Part shown: one piece after another, positions 19,085-30,993 of the stretch
Position numbering within the stretch: position 1 is the first letter of the stretch
Layout: each line of letters starts with the position of its first letter
NCBI GenBank assembly: GCA_020049805.1
Contig: JAGVLN010000013.1
Location: 3,286 to 67,285, forward strand
DNA length: 64,000 nt
Origin: Rickettsiales bacterium
Lineage (GTDB): Bacteria > Pseudomonadota > Alphaproteobacteria > Rickettsiales > JABSSG01
Reading direction: 5' to 3'
Program-made: the position numbers and the translations under genes
The notes under the pieces: model-generated
Seen by the model: the letters and a program-made list of their open reading frames with translations, nothing else
Told to the model about the DNA's origin: nothing
The model's database searches: none

Positions 19085-20770
19085 TTAGATTATACGAATA
19101 TTTACCTGTATTTCAGGAGCTTTCCCTATCTCCGCCTTTAACACAGATTTAATTAAGCTTTTTATTTGTTTTTGATAAGATTCAATAATAGCCTGTATTT
19201 TACCTTTAGGAAGATTATTATCAATAATTGCTCGAATTTCATCTTGGATAAAAATTATTAAATGCTTATCTTCAATTTCATCTAAACAACCAGGTGCAGA
19301 AATTACCGGATCAGTTTTTAATAAAAAGTTTTGAGAAAATATTATTGTAGCTATAACAACTCCATCTAATTGGATTCTACGACGCATTTTCATAATTGGA
19401 GAAGAAGGCCGTAACATCAAATAACCATCAATTGCGATTTCACCAGCCTCAACTTTTCCAACTTTAGTCGGTTGAGCAGGAGCGAGCTTTACTACATCAC
19501 CATTTTCAACTTCAATAACGTTTTTAATACCTAAAGCCCTTCCTAATTTTGCATGTTCATGCATATGAGTATGTTCACCATGTACTGGTATCAAGGTATT
19601 AGGTCGAATTAGTTTATATAATTTCTCCAGTTCTTTTTTACCAGGATGACCGGATACATGCACAAAATGATCTCTTTCTGTAAATACTTCTATTCCCAAT
19701 TTGACTAAATTATTAAACACGCGAAAAATCTTCTTATCATTACCTGGGATAATTTTAGAAGAAAAGATAACAGTGTCTCCAGGAGTTAATCTTAAACGTG
19801 GATGACTACCATTCGACATTTTTGTTAATGCTGCTAATGGTTCACCCTGACAACCTGTAGAAATTATTAACAACTTTTCACGTGGATATTTGCCTATTTC
19901 TTTTTCATCAATAAAAGCATCAATATCTTTTAAGTAACCATTTTCTTTGGCAGCAGATACAATTCGTTTTACACTTCTACCCGCTAAGACCACAACCCTA
20001 CCTAACTGCTTTGCTGCTAAAAGAAGAGTTTCTAATCTTGCAATATTGGATGCAAAAGTAGTTACTACTACCATTTTATCACATCCAGCCATTAAGTCGA
20101 TTAATGAACTACGCAAGTCACCTTCTGAGCCAGAAAAATCTGAATTAAATATGTTAGTAGAATCACCAACTAATGCTAACACTCCTTCATCACCATATGA
20201 TTTCAAAAGCTTTTCATCATTTACCTCTCCTACTAACGGGTTAGAATCAAATTTCCAATCGCCAGTATGAAACACGCTGCCTAACTCTGTTTTTATAACC
20301 AGAGCCTGCATTTCAGGAGTCGAATGACAAAGAGGTACCATAGCTACTTCAAATGGCCCAACTGTAATATTACCTTTAGGTAAAATTTCATGGATTTTCA
20401 TTTGGTTAACAAAATTAACATTCCGATCAATCTCTGCTAACCTAGCTTTTAGAAAGGAAGAAGCAAGTGGGGTAGCGTAAATCGGACAGCGCAATGCCTC
20501 CCATAAATACTGCACACCTCCAATATGATCTTCATGAATATGAGTGATAACTATACCTAACAAATCTTTCTGGTGTTTAACAATAAAATTAATATCCGGA
20601 ACAATTAAGGATACACCTGGAAGATAATCTTCGGCAAAACCAGCACCACAATCTACCATTAACCATTTGCCTTTGTATTGATAAAGGTTCAGGTTCATAC
20701 CGATTTCTCCAGCTCCACCTAGTGGTAGGAATAAAAAATTTCCCTTATGTTCTGATAAGTTTAATACCAT
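19085..20770 (-). CDS. rnj: Ribonuclease J (metallo-beta-lactamase/beta-CASP)
   Basis: ITHIHEDHIGG (HxHxDH), beta-CASP region and VSGHPGKKEL. 561 aa. The nuoN-birA-rnj order is typical of alphaproteobacteria. Confidence 0.88.
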   Translation of the reverse strand: MVLNLSEHKGNFLFLPLGGAGEIGMNLNLYQYKGKWLMVDCGAGFAEDYLPGVSLIVPDINFIVKHQKDLLGIVITHIHEDHIGGVQYLWEALRCPIYATPLASSFLKARLAEIDRNVNFVNQMKIHEILPKGNITVGPFEVAMVPLCHSTPEMQALVIKTELGSVFHTGDWKFDSNPLVGEVNDEKLLKSYGDEGVLALVGDSTNIFNSDFSGSEGDLRSSLIDLMAGCDKMVVVTTFASNIARLETLLLAAKQLGRVVVLAGRSVKRIVSAAKENGYLKDIDAFIDEKEIGKYPREKLLIISTGCQGEPLAALTKMSNGSHPRLRLTPGDTVIFSSKIIPGNDKKIFRVFNNLVKLGIEVFTERDHFVHVSGHPGKKELEKLYKLIRPNTLIPVHGEHTHMHEHAKLGRALGIKNVIEVENGDVVKLAPAQPTKVGKVEAGEIAIDGYLMLRPSSPIMKMRRRIQLDGVVIATIIFSQNFLLKTDPVISAPGCLDEIEDKHLIIFIQDEIRAIIDNNLPKGKIQAIIESYQKQIKSLIKSVLKAEIGKAPEIQVNIRII

Positions 20771-20789
20771 TTTGTATAACTAATATATT

Positions 20790-21551
20790 TTAAAGATTAG
20801 ATTCAAAGAAGACTTCTCCAGCTACTATTTTTTTTATCTGACCATCTGGTAAGCGCATTAATAGAGACCCCGCTTCGTCAATGTCTTCAAAAATTCCTTG
20901 TAATTTTTCTCCTTTAAAAATTACAGTGACTGGCTTATTTAGATTAAAAGCATTATTTACCCACTCCAACCTTAATGTGTTAAACCCCCTATTACGCCAC
21001 ATATACCTAGTTGAAAAACTTTCCATAAATGCATTAAGAACTAGATTAACCGGCACTTCTCCAAACCCTTCATCCTTCAGTGAAGTTGCTGGATAATCTG
21101 CCTCATTCGGGTAATGCATTAAATTAATGCCTACACCAACAATAAACCAATCAGGAATGTTTTTTTGAGGGGTACTGGATGATTCAAGCAAAATCCCACC
21201 TAATTTTTTACCATTTAATAAAATATCATTTGGCCATTTAAAACTTATATTTAAATAATTTATTCCTAAGACATACATAATGGCATCTTTAACTGCCAAT
21301 GACGTTACAAAAGATAACTCTGCGCCAGATTGTACCGTAAATATTGGATCCAAAAGTAATGAAAGATAAAAATTCCCTTCTGGAGAGTCCCAATGTTTAC
21401 CATGCCTTCCCCTACCATCAGTTTGTAATTTGGCAAAAATTACATGATTTCCTTTGACACCGTTATGGGCTAATCTCAAAGCTTCTGAATTTGTACTATC
21501 TAAGTGATCATATATTAATAAATTATATTTGTGCACCCAGTGTTTTGTCAT
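20790..21551 (-). CDS. birA: Biotin--[acetyl-CoA-carboxylase] ligase (no N-terminal HTH)
   Basis: QTDGRGRHGKHWDSPEGNFYLS (GRGRxGRxW motif) and KWPNDILLNGKKLGGIL. Confidence 0.9.
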   Translation of the reverse strand: MTKHWVHKYNLLIYDHLDSTNSEALRLAHNGVKGNHVIFAKLQTDGRGRHGKHWDSPEGNFYLSLLLDPIFTVQSGAELSFVTSLAVKDAIMYVLGINYLNISFKWPNDILLNGKKLGGILLESSSTPQKNIPDWFIVGVGINLMHYPNEADYPATSLKDEGFGEVPVNLVLNAFMESFSTRYMWRNRGFNTLRLEWVNNAFNLNKPVTVIFKGEKLQGIFEDIDEAGSLLMRLPDGQIKKIVAGEVFFESNL

Positions 21552-21553
21552 TT

Positions 21554-23017
21554 TTACCTTACCATACTAGCAATATAAGCAAAAATCATACTGTTAAATT
21601 TTGCCGGTATTAAAAAGAACACCATATTTAAAGTTACAACAGATATTACTACAATTACAACCTCAAAATAATATTCTTTTATTAACGGTTTAATAGCTGT
21701 GTCCTCAAAATACATTATTTTTATGATTCTTAAATAATAATAAGTAGCAACTATGCTAGTTATAACCCCAACTATAGGTAATAAATACAGATTAGCTTCT
21801 ATTGCCGCCATAAAAATATAGAACTTAACTATAAATCCAGCAAATGGCGGTATACCTGCCATAGATAACATTAATGTTGCAAGAGAAGCAGCTATTATAG
21901 GGTGATTTTTAGCTAAACCAGACAAAATATTTAAGTCACTATTTTCTTTACCACGCTTATTTTGTAGCATCATAATCAAACCAAAAACACCTGCGCTTAA
22001 TAATGCATAAACTATCATGTATAAGCTTAAAGCTTCTAAGCCAGATTCATTTTGAGTAGCTACTCCTATTAACATATAACCAACATGCCCGATAGTACTA
22101 TAAGCAAGCAATCTCTTGAAATTCTTTTGTCTTAATGCTCCTAATGCTCCAACTATCATTGAAACTATTGAAATTAATGTGATGATCTGTAACCATGAAT
22201 CAACCCAAATATCAAAATGCAATAGCAGTAACTTTGCTAATACCACTATAGGAGCAATTTTAGTAACGATAGCAAAAAAAGCGGTTACAGGTAAAGGTGA
22301 ACCTTGGTATACATCAGGTATCCACATATGGAAAGGTACAGCTGCTATTTTAAAACTTAAAGCAATGACCACCATAACCATTCCTATTAAAACCCCTATA
22401 GGTATTATTTGACTAGCAGTATAATTATTATAGAGGAAAGAAAATTGCATAAAGTTAATTGTTCCACTAAAACCATATATTAAGGATATACCATATAGCA
22501 AGATTCCGGAAGCCAATGCTCCTAAAATAAAATATTTTAAACCGGATTCAGATGAAAAAAGATTATCACGATCAAAACTTGCAAGTATGTATAAACATAA
22601 ACTTTGTAACTCTAAGCCTAAATATAAGGAAAGAAAATCATTAGCTGATACCATAATCAGCATTCCCACTACAGAAAATATGATTAACACCGTAAATTCT
22701 GGTCTAAGAAAAATTCTATTTATATTACTATAGGAAGCCGTTAATAATAAGGATAATATAGTAGCCACTATAATTATTCCCTGAACAAAACTTACGTAAT
22801 CATTTATCACTAAAGACTGATTAAATACTAACAATTGTCCATTATCAAAAATTGGTTTTAGGCTTATTAAAGCTAATAATAAAAATAATATTCCAATATA
22901 TATAATAACTTTACTTGGTTCTTTTTTAATTACTCCTAGAATTAATAAAAAAATGGCTCCTATACTTAGGATAAGTTCTGATGGAATAGAAGAAAATATT
23001 AAAAAAGCTTCGGTCAT
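21554..23017 (-). CDS. nuoN: NADH-quinone oxidoreductase subunit N
   Basis: 487-aa antiporter-like polytopic protein, last gene of the contiguous nuoA-N operon. Confidence 0.9.
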   Translation of the reverse strand: MTEAFLIFSSIPSELILSIGAIFLLILGVIKKEPSKVIIYIGILFLLLALISLKPIFDNGQLLVFNQSLVINDYVSFVQGIIIVATILSLLLTASYSNINRIFLRPEFTVLIIFSVVGMLIMVSANDFLSLYLGLELQSLCLYILASFDRDNLFSSESGLKYFILGALASGILLYGISLIYGFSGTINFMQFSFLYNNYTASQIIPIGVLIGMVMVVIALSFKIAAVPFHMWIPDVYQGSPLPVTAFFAIVTKIAPIVVLAKLLLLHFDIWVDSWLQIITLISIVSMIVGALGALRQKNFKRLLAYSTIGHVGYMLIGVATQNESGLEALSLYMIVYALLSAGVFGLIMMLQNKRGKENSDLNILSGLAKNHPIIAASLATLMLSMAGIPPFAGFIVKFYIFMAAIEANLYLLPIVGVITSIVATYYYLRIIKIMYFEDTAIKPLIKEYYFEVVIVVISVVTLNMVFFLIPAKFNSMIFAYIASMVR

Positions 23018-24525
23018 GTGTAAACTTTAATATATTGAATTAAGGATAAAAATGAAGTCTTGGTTAAGTTCGTTAGTATAACTGGATAAAGCCCCAAAGC
23101 TAATACTAGTATAATTAATGGTATAAATGCTAATACTTCTTCTAAATTTAAAGCCCCAAGCTCTTTAGAATGTTTTCTATTTAAAGCACCAAACATTACC
23201 TTTTTATATAACCATAACATATACACTGCTCCTAGAACCATTCCTATTGATGCTATTACAGCAAAATACATATTAACTTTATATAACCCAATTAAGCTAA
23301 GGATTTCTCCTATAAAACCACTAGTGCCTGGTAATGAAATTGATCCTAACATAAAAAACATAAATATTACCGCAAATAATGGCATTTTTTTTGCCACTCC
23401 ACCATATTCTGTAATTTCTTTAGTATGAGCTCTATCATATAATACTCCTACACATAAAAATAAAGCTGCAGAAATTAAACCATGACTAATCATTTGCATC
23501 ATAGCTCCTTGCAATCCTTGGATATTAGAAGCAAATATACCATTAGTCACGAAACCCATATGCGCTACAGAAGAATAAGCAATTAATTTTTTCATATTGG
23601 TTTGAGCAAATGCCACAAGCGAGGCATAGATAATAGCAATACAGCTTAAAACAAAAATAAAGTCCTTAAATAAATAACTTACTTCCGGCAACATCGCTAA
23701 AGAAAATCTAATGAAGCCATATCCACCTAATTTCAATAAAATTCCAGCTAAAATCACTGATCCTGCTGTAGGAGCTTGTACGTGGGCATCAGGTAACCAT
23801 GTATGAACTGGCCACATCGGGATTTTAATAGCGAATCCCAAGAAGAAGCCTAGCCATAATAATTTCTGCACTTCCAGAGGGAATAGTGGCAAAAGTTGAG
23901 TCAAAGAAATAATATTGGTAGTATCGGTTTTAATATAGATATAAATTATGGCTAATAAAAATAATATAGAGCCAGCTAAAGTATATAAAAAGAATTTAAA
24001 TGCTGCATAAATTCTATTTTCCGCACCCCAAACTCCAATAATAATAAACATTGGTATAAGAACCGCTTCAAAAAAGAAATAAAATAATATTAAATCCAAG
24101 GATAAAAATATTCCTAGTATTAAAGTTTCTAATACTAAGAATAATATAAAATATTCTTTGATTTTTATAGTGATAGAATGCCAACTACATAAAACACAAA
24201 TTACTGTAAGCAAACTAGTAAGAATAATAAATGGAAGCGAAATAGAATCCACTCCTAAATGATATTCAATATTTAATCCTTGAAACCATACTATTTGTTC
24301 CTTAAGTTGAAAGGTTCCATAAGGGTCTTGGTTATCATAAACAAATGCAGCTATACTTAATGTTAAAATCAAAGTTGCGATTGAAGTAAATAAAGCTGAT
24401 ATTTTTGTGAATTTTATACCATCTTCTGATTCGTTATCTCCTAAAAATAAAATCAATATAACCCCAATTAATGGAGAAAATATAGTAAATGATAACCAAG
24501 GAAAACTAAGCATAATTCTTATCAA
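23014..24525 (-). CDS. nuoM: NADH-quinone oxidoreductase subunit M
   Basis: 503-aa antiporter-like subunit (WLPDAHVQAPTAGSVILAGILLKLGGYG). 4-nt overlap with nuoN. Confidence 0.92.
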   Translation of the reverse strand: MIRIMLSFPWLSFTIFSPLIGVILILFLGDNESEDGIKFTKISALFTSIATLILTLSIAAFVYDNQDPYGTFQLKEQIVWFQGLNIEYHLGVDSISLPFIILTSLLTVICVLCSWHSITIKIKEYFILFLVLETLILGIFLSLDLILFYFFFEAVLIPMFIIIGVWGAENRIYAAFKFFLYTLAGSILFLLAIIYIYIKTDTTNIISLTQLLPLFPLEVQKLLWLGFFLGFAIKIPMWPVHTWLPDAHVQAPTAGSVILAGILLKLGGYGFIRFSLAMLPEVSYLFKDFIFVLSCIAIIYASLVAFAQTNMKKLIAYSSVAHMGFVTNGIFASNIQGLQGAMMQMISHGLISAALFLCVGVLYDRAHTKEITEYGGVAKKMPLFAVIFMFFMLGSISLPGTSGFIGEILSLIGLYKVNMYFAVIASIGMVLGAVYMLWLYKKVMFGALNRKHSKELGALNLEEVLAFIPLIILVLALGLYPVILTNLTKTSFLSLIQYIKVYT

Positions 24526-24528
24526 TCT

Positions 24529-26460
24529 CTAAGTAAAAATTAACATATACCAAGTAAGCAACATTACAAAACCTAATATCATTACTAAAGCATAATGATA
24601 CACATACCCAGTTTGGATTTTACTAATATAGCCCGCTATTCGGCTTACTACTAGTGCAAAACCATTTGGTCCGTAACCATCAATAATCCTAGACTCAAAT
24701 GTTGTAGACAAATTTTTTGCTAATTTCTTTACATTACTAACGATAAGCATGTCATATATTTCATCAATATAATATTTATTGTACAATACTGAGTATAACC
24801 ATTGCATTTTAAATGCCAATAATTTTGGTAATTGCGTATTTTTTATATAGAATATATAAGAAACAATTATGCCTATTACACCTGCTATAAGAGGCGTTAC
24901 TTTCACGCTAATAGGCAAATTATGTATTTTTTCTAAAACATTGTTTTCGGACAAAATAGTAAGTGATTTATGCCAGAATTCTAAATTTGGTGATAATATA
25001 TGCCACATATTTTCACCAACTATTCCTGTAATTAAAGCGCCTATTGATAGCAATGTAAGAGGTATAGTCATAGTTAATGATGGTTCATGAATATGTTTAC
25101 TGACTTCAGATGAAACCTTAGATTTACCATGAAATACCATAAATATTAGGCGGAAACTATAAAAAGCTGTACATATTGCGGCGAATATTCCCATACTAAA
25201 AGCATATTCTCCAACTCCTGTACCTGAAGCATAAGCTGCTTCAATAATAGCATCTTTTGAATAATAACCCGCAAATGGCCAAATACCACAAAGTGCTAAC
25301 GACCCTATCCACATCACAGCATAAGTAAATGGTATTTTTTTCCATAAGCCTCCCATTTTAGTAATATCCTGTTCACCAGATAAAGCATGAATTACACTGC
25401 CACATCCTAGAAATAATAAAGCTTTAAAAAAGGCGTGAGTAAATAAATGAAATATAGCGGCTGGATACGCAGAAACCCCACAAGCAAAAAACATATATCC
25501 TAACTGACTACAAGTAGAATACGCTACTATTTTCTTGATATCGTTTTGGGTTAAAGCAATAGTAGCAGCAAAAACACAAGTCACAGCACCTATAACTGTA
25601 ATCATATCACGCGCAAAAGGTGCATACTCAAATAATGGCGAGCATCTTGCCACTAAAAAAACACCGGCTGTCACCATTGTCGCAGCATGGATTAGAGCCG
25701 AAACAGGAGTTGGTCCTTCCATAGCATCAGGTAACCATGTATGTAAACCTATTTGCGCAGATTTGCCCATACAACCAATGAAAAGTAGAACACCAATAAA
25801 GTTTAAGGCATTACACTTTATTCCTAAAATAGATAAATAAAGATCTTTATAAGTTGGAACTTGAGTAAAAATTTGTTCGAACATAACGGTATCAAAAATG
25901 AAAAATATGCTAAAAATTCCAATGGCAAAAAATACATCCCCAACCCTATTCACCACAAAAGCTTTTACTGCAGCATTACATGCTGATTTTTTTTGATACC
26001 AGAATCCGATTAATAAATATGAACTTAGCCCCACTCCTTCCCAACCAAAAAATAATTGAATCAAATTATTAGAAGTAACTAACATTAACATAAAGAAAGT
26101 AAATAACGATAAGTAGGCCATAAACTTTGGTATATTGGCATCATCATGCATATAACCAATAGAGTAAATATGGACCAAGCTTGAAACAACCGTTACCACT
26201 ACTAACATAATGGCAGTAAGGCTATCCACATAAAGCGACCATTTTAAGATGTGATTTCCTAAATCAATCCAGTCAAATAAATCTATACTTAAAACTTGTC
26301 CATATATAACAACGTCATTAAATACAAATATAGATAAGATTGCCGTAATAACTAATAAAATAGAATTAAAACTTTGTGCAAATGCATCCGATACTTTATT
26401 ACACAATAGTCCGGTAACTATTGAAGCAATAAGTGGTAATAATAAAATATACGTTATCAT
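24529..26460 (-). CDS. nuoL: NADH-quinone oxidoreductase subunit L
   Basis: 643 aa (WLPDAMEGPTPVSALIHAATMVTAGVFL) with a C-terminal lateral-helix extension. Confidence 0.92.
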   Translation of the reverse strand: MITYILLLPLIASIVTGLLCNKVSDAFAQSFNSILLVITAILSIFVFNDVVIYGQVLSIDLFDWIDLGNHILKWSLYVDSLTAIMLVVVTVVSSLVHIYSIGYMHDDANIPKFMAYLSLFTFFMLMLVTSNNLIQLFFGWEGVGLSSYLLIGFWYQKKSACNAAVKAFVVNRVGDVFFAIGIFSIFFIFDTVMFEQIFTQVPTYKDLYLSILGIKCNALNFIGVLLFIGCMGKSAQIGLHTWLPDAMEGPTPVSALIHAATMVTAGVFLVARCSPLFEYAPFARDMITVIGAVTCVFAATIALTQNDIKKIVAYSTCSQLGYMFFACGVSAYPAAIFHLFTHAFFKALLFLGCGSVIHALSGEQDITKMGGLWKKIPFTYAVMWIGSLALCGIWPFAGYYSKDAIIEAAYASGTGVGEYAFSMGIFAAICTAFYSFRLIFMVFHGKSKVSSEVSKHIHEPSLTMTIPLTLLSIGALITGIVGENMWHILSPNLEFWHKSLTILSENNVLEKIHNLPISVKVTPLIAGVIGIIVSYIFYIKNTQLPKLLAFKMQWLYSVLYNKYYIDEIYDMLIVSNVKKLAKNLSTTFESRIIDGYGPNGFALVVSRIAGYISKIQTGYVYHYALVMILGFVMLLTWYMLIFT

Positions 26461-26464
26461 TTAT

Positions 26465-26797
26465 TCAACCATGCATTTGATTAACTTGATCTACTTCAAT
26501 ACTACCGCGATTCCTATAATACACCACTAGTAACGCTAAACCTATAGCAGCTTCTGCTGCTGCTATAGTTAGAATAAATATAGAAAACACCTGGCCAACT
26601 AGATCACCTAAATAAACAGAAAATGCTACCATATTAATATTAACGGCTAATAGCATTAACTCTATAGAAATCAAAATTATAATTATGTTTTTTCTATTAA
26701 GGAAAATACCACAAATGCCAATAGTAAATACTATAGCACCCAAAATTAAAAAATGTATTAGGCCAATGCTTGATACATTACTTGTTATAAATTGCAT
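26465..26797 (-). CDS. nuoK: NADH-quinone oxidoreductase subunit K
   Basis: 110 aa, three TM helices, [20 protein letters not shown] and [13 protein letters not shown]. Confidence 0.9.
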   Translation of the reverse strand: MQFITSNVSSIGLIHFLILGAIVFTIGICGIFLNRKNIIIILISIELMLLAVNINMVAFSVYLGDLVGQVFSIFILTIAAAEAAIGLALLVVYYRNRGSIEVDQVNQMHG

Positions 26798-27413
26798 TCA
26801 CACCCTCTCCAGCTTTAACTGAAACTATTTTCATACCATTTTCTTTAGTACGTAATAATTGTTTGCTAATGTCTTGTTTTTTAATAAATCCATCTGTCGG
26901 ACGATAAGTAAGAACTATTGACCCTACCATCGCTACTAATAAAATTATGCCACTCAATTCAAAGAACAATGCAAAATTTGTATACAATACTTTACCTATT
27001 AACTCAGTATTAGTTACATTGCTAAACTCATCTATAGCTAATGACGGCAATAACATCATTTTATTCTCATATACAGATATGTATACTACTGCTCCTAAAT
27101 CGATCAGTAAAATTAAAGCTACAATTAGTAATAAAATTCGATGCTTTATTATAATATCTTTAATAACAGTAAGTTTAATATTCAGCATCATTACTACAAA
27201 TAAAAATAGAACTGCTACTGCCCCAACATACACTATAATCAAACTCATCGCTAAGAATTCTGCTCCTAATAAAACAAATAATCCTGCTGTATTAAAAAAA
27301 GAAAAAATTAAAGAGAGTACTGAATAAACTGGGTTTTTTACGGTAATTGTAGTCAACGCTCCTATAACTAGTAAGAAAGCAAAAATATAAAATAACAAAT
27401 CATATATAATCAT
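26778..27413 (-). CDS. nuoJ: NADH-quinone oxidoreductase subunit J
   Basis: 211 aa ([30 protein letters not shown]). Position between nuoI and nuoK. Confidence 0.9.
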   Translation of the reverse strand: MIIYDLLFYIFAFLLVIGALTTITVKNPVYSVLSLIFSFFNTAGLFVLLGAEFLAMSLIIVYVGAVAVLFLFVVMMLNIKLTVIKDIIIKHRILLLIVALILLIDLGAVVYISVYENKMMLLPSLAIDEFSNVTNTELIGKVLYTNFALFFELSGIILLVAMVGSIVLTYRPTDGFIKKQDISKQLLRTKENGMKIVSVKAGEGVNAIYNK

Positions 27414-27421
27414 AATATTCT

Positions 27422-27916
27422 TTACCTAAAAGGATAATCAGCATTTAATTTATTTGCTAACTCTTGTTCCCACATTTCGCCATTACGTAATAATTTTTCT
27501 TTATCATAAAATAATTCTTCACGACCTTCAGTAGAAAATTCAAAATTTGGGCCTTCTACAATTGCATCAACTGGACATGACTCTTGACATAAGCCACAAT
27601 AAATACACTTAGTCATATCAATATCATATTTAGTAGTTCTTCTACTTCCATCTTCCCTTGCTTCAGCTTCTATAGTTATAGCTTGAGCAGGACATACTGC
27701 TTCACATAATTTACATGCTATACACCTTTCTTCACCATTTGCATAGCGTCGTAATGCATGTTCTCCTCTAAATCTTACGCTAAGAGGATTTTTTTCATAA
27801 GGGTAATTAATCGTGACTTTCTTTTTAAAAAGGTAACGCAAAGTCATAAACATACCCGCTAACAATTCTGTTAGAAAAAAGGCTTTAAAAATACGTTTAA
27901 ATAACATCATATTCAA
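27422..27916 (-). CDS. nuoI: NADH-quinone oxidoreductase subunit I
   Basis: Two 4Fe-4S motifs: [12 protein letters not shown] and [12 protein letters not shown]. Confidence 0.94.
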   Translation of the reverse strand: MNMMLFKRIFKAFFLTELLAGMFMTLRYLFKKKVTINYPYEKNPLSVRFRGEHALRRYANGEERCIACKLCEAVCPAQAITIEAEAREDGSRRTTKYDIDMTKCIYCGLCQESCPVDAIVEGPNFEFSTEGREELFYDKEKLLRNGEMWEQELANKLNADYPFR

Positions 27917-27924
27917 TTACCCAA

Positions 27925-28938
27925 CTATTGCGGTAGCTTATCAAAAATTAATAATACACTTGAAACTAATACAACCCAAAATAAAGTTAATGGTAAAAAT
28001 ATTTTCCATCCTAATCTCATTAATTGATCGTATCTATACCTTGGAAAAGATGCCCTAATCCATATAAAGCAAAAAAGTAATATTGTTATTTTTAGCATTA
28101 ACCAAATAAAAGATGGTATGTTATAAAAAATAGGTAAATCTATTATGGGCAACCATCCACTCCAAAATAAAATAACCGTAGTAGCACTAGTCAAAATCAT
28201 ATTAGCATACTCACCCAGAAAGAATAAAGCAAAAGTAATAGATGAGTATTCAACATTATAACCCGCTACAAGCTCTGCTTCTGCTTCTGGCAAATCAAAA
28301 GGTAATCGATTAGTTTCAGCTAAAATTGAAATGAAAAATACTATCATCATTGGAAATAATAGTAATTTTATATACCATTCCATATTCTGCTGAGCTAGAA
28401 CTATTTCTTTAAGATTCAAAGAACCAGTGGCCAACAATACGCAAACAATTACTAACCCTATTGAAACTTCATAGGAAATCATTTGAGCCGCAGACCTAAT
28501 TGCACCAAAAAATGCATATTTAGAATTACTTGCCCAACCTGCAATAATAATACCATATACTCCTAGTGATGAAATTGCTAATAAGTAGAGAATACCTACA
28601 TTGATATCAGCAAGACCCCCATTATCACTAAAAGGAATTACAGCCCAACCGATTAAACTTAAAATAAAAGTAATAGCTGGGGCTAAAATAAATAAAAATT
28701 TATTTGAATTGGTCGGAATTATTACCTCTTTAAATAATAATTTAACTGCATCAGCAATTGGCTGAAGCAGTCCAAAAATACCAACCACATTGGGCCCACG
28801 CCTTAATTGCATTAAGCCAATAATCCTTCTCTCTGCTAAAGTCAGGTATGCTACAGACAAAATTAGAGGTATTGTAATAACAATTATTTTTCCTAATATT
28901 ATCAATAAGCTTATAATGTAATTCAATAATACATCCAT
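27925..28938 (-). CDS. nuoH: NADH-quinone oxidoreductase subunit H
   Basis: 337 aa. [17 protein letters not shown] and [25 protein letters not shown]. Confidence 0.94.
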   Translation of the reverse strand: MDVLLNYIISLLIILGKIIVITIPLILSVAYLTLAERRIIGLMQLRRGPNVVGIFGLLQPIADAVKLLFKEVIIPTNSNKFLFILAPAITFILSLIGWAVIPFSDNGGLADINVGILYLLAISSLGVYGIIIAGWASNSKYAFFGAIRSAAQMISYEVSIGLVIVCVLLATGSLNLKEIVLAQQNMEWYIKLLLFPMMIVFFISILAETNRLPFDLPEAEAELVAGYNVEYSSITFALFFLGEYANMILTSATTVILFWSGWLPIIDLPIFYNIPSFIWLMLKITILLFCFIWIRASFPRYRYDQLMRLGWKIFLPLTLFWVVLVSSVLLIFDKLPQ

Positions 28939-28940
28939 AT

Positions 28941-30989
28941 TTATGCTACTTCTTTATTATTCCAAATTTCTACTACACATTTAGCCATAGTTTTTGATGC
29001 TCGACATATTGGATCAGTAAAATAATAGTTAAACTTCCTACTAGTTACTGGTTGATTTAATAATTCACCTTTTATACCACAACCATACCATTTTTCTGAA
29101 ACAACTTTATCATATATGTTAAAAGTAGAAGAAACTTTCCCCATTTTTTTTCTTAACTCATCTTTAGTTTGATAAGCAAGTTTGATATTTAAGATATCTG
29201 CTACCATTTTTAATACCAACCAATCTTCTTTAGCTTCACCATGAGGCCACACTGCTGCATTTGTACGTTGCACTCTACCCTCTAAGTTAACATATGTAGC
29301 TTCTTTTTCTGTATATGCTACGCCAGGCAAAATAATATCAGCTATATGAGCTGATTTATCACCATGATGACCTTGATAAATTACAAAAGTATCTTTCAAT
29401 TTTTCGGTATCAATTTCATCAGCACCAAGTAAATATACTGCTTTAATTTTCTGTTTCTTAGCAGCTTCTAAAATTTCTCTAGTATACATCCCACCTTTTT
29501 GCGGTACAAAACCTAAATCTAATGCAGCAACTCTTGAAGCTGCAGTATGTAAAATGTTAAACCCATTCCAATTTTCTTTTACAAAGCCATATTTTTTGGC
29601 AATTTCACTGCATAAATATAAAATTACATTATAATCATCTCTCATTAATGCACCACTGCCAATAATTAACATTGGATTCTTTGCATTTTGTAATCGCTTA
29701 GTTAAAGGATGTTTACCTGAGATTATATCTTGTAAAATTTTAGGATCATCGCCTAAATTATTTACATTATATGTAAGATCATCGCGTGAACCAATAGAAT
29801 ATACGGGATAATTACCTCGCATCCATCTTTTTCTAATACGCGCATTGACTAACGTTGCTTCGTAACGTGGATTAGCGCCAATTAATAAGCACAAATCTGA
29901 TTGTTCGATACCTGCAATTGAAGTATTAAATAAATAATTAGCTCGATGACTGTAATCTACTTTCGCTCCTTCTTGCATACAATCAATATGAGGCGTCTTT
30001 AATGCTAACATAATATCTTTTAGAACCATAATAGATTCAGCATCAACTAAATCTCCCACTATTGCTGCTATTTCATTGCCAACTATAGATTTTAAATGTT
30101 GTTTCAAAAATTTTAAGGCTTCTGGCCAAGAGGTGGGTTGTAACTTTCCTTCCACTTTAATCATTGGCACATCTAACCGTTGATTTTGCAAGCCGTCATA
30201 AGCAAATCTGGTTTTATCAGAAATCCATTCTTCATTAATATCTTCATGTAACTTAGGCAAAATCCTCATTACTTCCTTACCACGCACATCTATTCTGATG
30301 TTACTACCAACAGCATCCAATACATCAATAGATTCAGTTTTACGCAATTCCCAACTTCGAGCCTTGAACTCATATGGCTTCGAAGTTAAAGCTCCCACCG
30401 GACAAATATCAATTAAATTACCTGACAATTCAGAAGTGATAGATTTTTCTACATATGTTGTAACCTCCATATGTTCCCCTCGACCTACTGCCCCTAATTC
30501 TTCTACCCCAGCAATTTCACTAACAAATCTTATACATCTAGTACAATGTATACAACGGGTCATCTGGGTTTTAACTAAAGGCCCCATATATTTATCTTCC
30601 ACGGCACGTTTGTTTTCAGCAAATCTATTAGTGCCCCGACCATACATTAGAGTCTGATCTTGCAAATCACACTCACCACCTTCATCACAAATCGGACAAT
30701 CAAGAGGATGATTTATTAAAAGAAATTCAAGAACACCTTCTCGTGCCTTTTTCACTAAAGGAGAGTCTGTATGCACAACCATACCTTCTGCTACTGGCAT
30801 TGCACAGGAGGCCACCGGTTTAGGTGATTTCTCAACTTCTACTAAGCACATTCGACAATTACCAGCAACCCGTAATTTTTCATGATAACAAAATCTAGGT
30901 ATTTCTACACCAGCAAGTTCACAAGCTTGAATCAGTGTCAGCCCCTGCTCAACTTCTATCGTTTTTCCATTAATCACTAATTTTGGCAT
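28941..30989 (-). CDS. nuoG: NADH-quinone oxidoreductase subunit G
   Basis: 682 aa. N-terminal 2Fe-2S and 4Fe-4S Cys clusters ([42 protein letters not shown]). Confidence 0.94.
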   Translation of the reverse strand: MPKLVINGKTIEVEQGLTLIQACELAGVEIPRFCYHEKLRVAGNCRMCLVEVEKSPKPVASCAMPVAEGMVVHTDSPLVKKAREGVLEFLLINHPLDCPICDEGGECDLQDQTLMYGRGTNRFAENKRAVEDKYMGPLVKTQMTRCIHCTRCIRFVSEIAGVEELGAVGRGEHMEVTTYVEKSITSELSGNLIDICPVGALTSKPYEFKARSWELRKTESIDVLDAVGSNIRIDVRGKEVMRILPKLHEDINEEWISDKTRFAYDGLQNQRLDVPMIKVEGKLQPTSWPEALKFLKQHLKSIVGNEIAAIVGDLVDAESIMVLKDIMLALKTPHIDCMQEGAKVDYSHRANYLFNTSIAGIEQSDLCLLIGANPRYEATLVNARIRKRWMRGNYPVYSIGSRDDLTYNVNNLGDDPKILQDIISGKHPLTKRLQNAKNPMLIIGSGALMRDDYNVILYLCSEIAKKYGFVKENWNGFNILHTAASRVAALDLGFVPQKGGMYTREILEAAKKQKIKAVYLLGADEIDTEKLKDTFVIYQGHHGDKSAHIADIILPGVAYTEKEATYVNLEGRVQRTNAAVWPHGEAKEDWLVLKMVADILNIKLAYQTKDELRKKMGKVSSTFNIYDKVVSEKWYGCGIKGELLNQPVTSRKFNYYFTDPICRASKTMAKCVVEIWNNKEVA

Positions 30990-30993
30990 AATT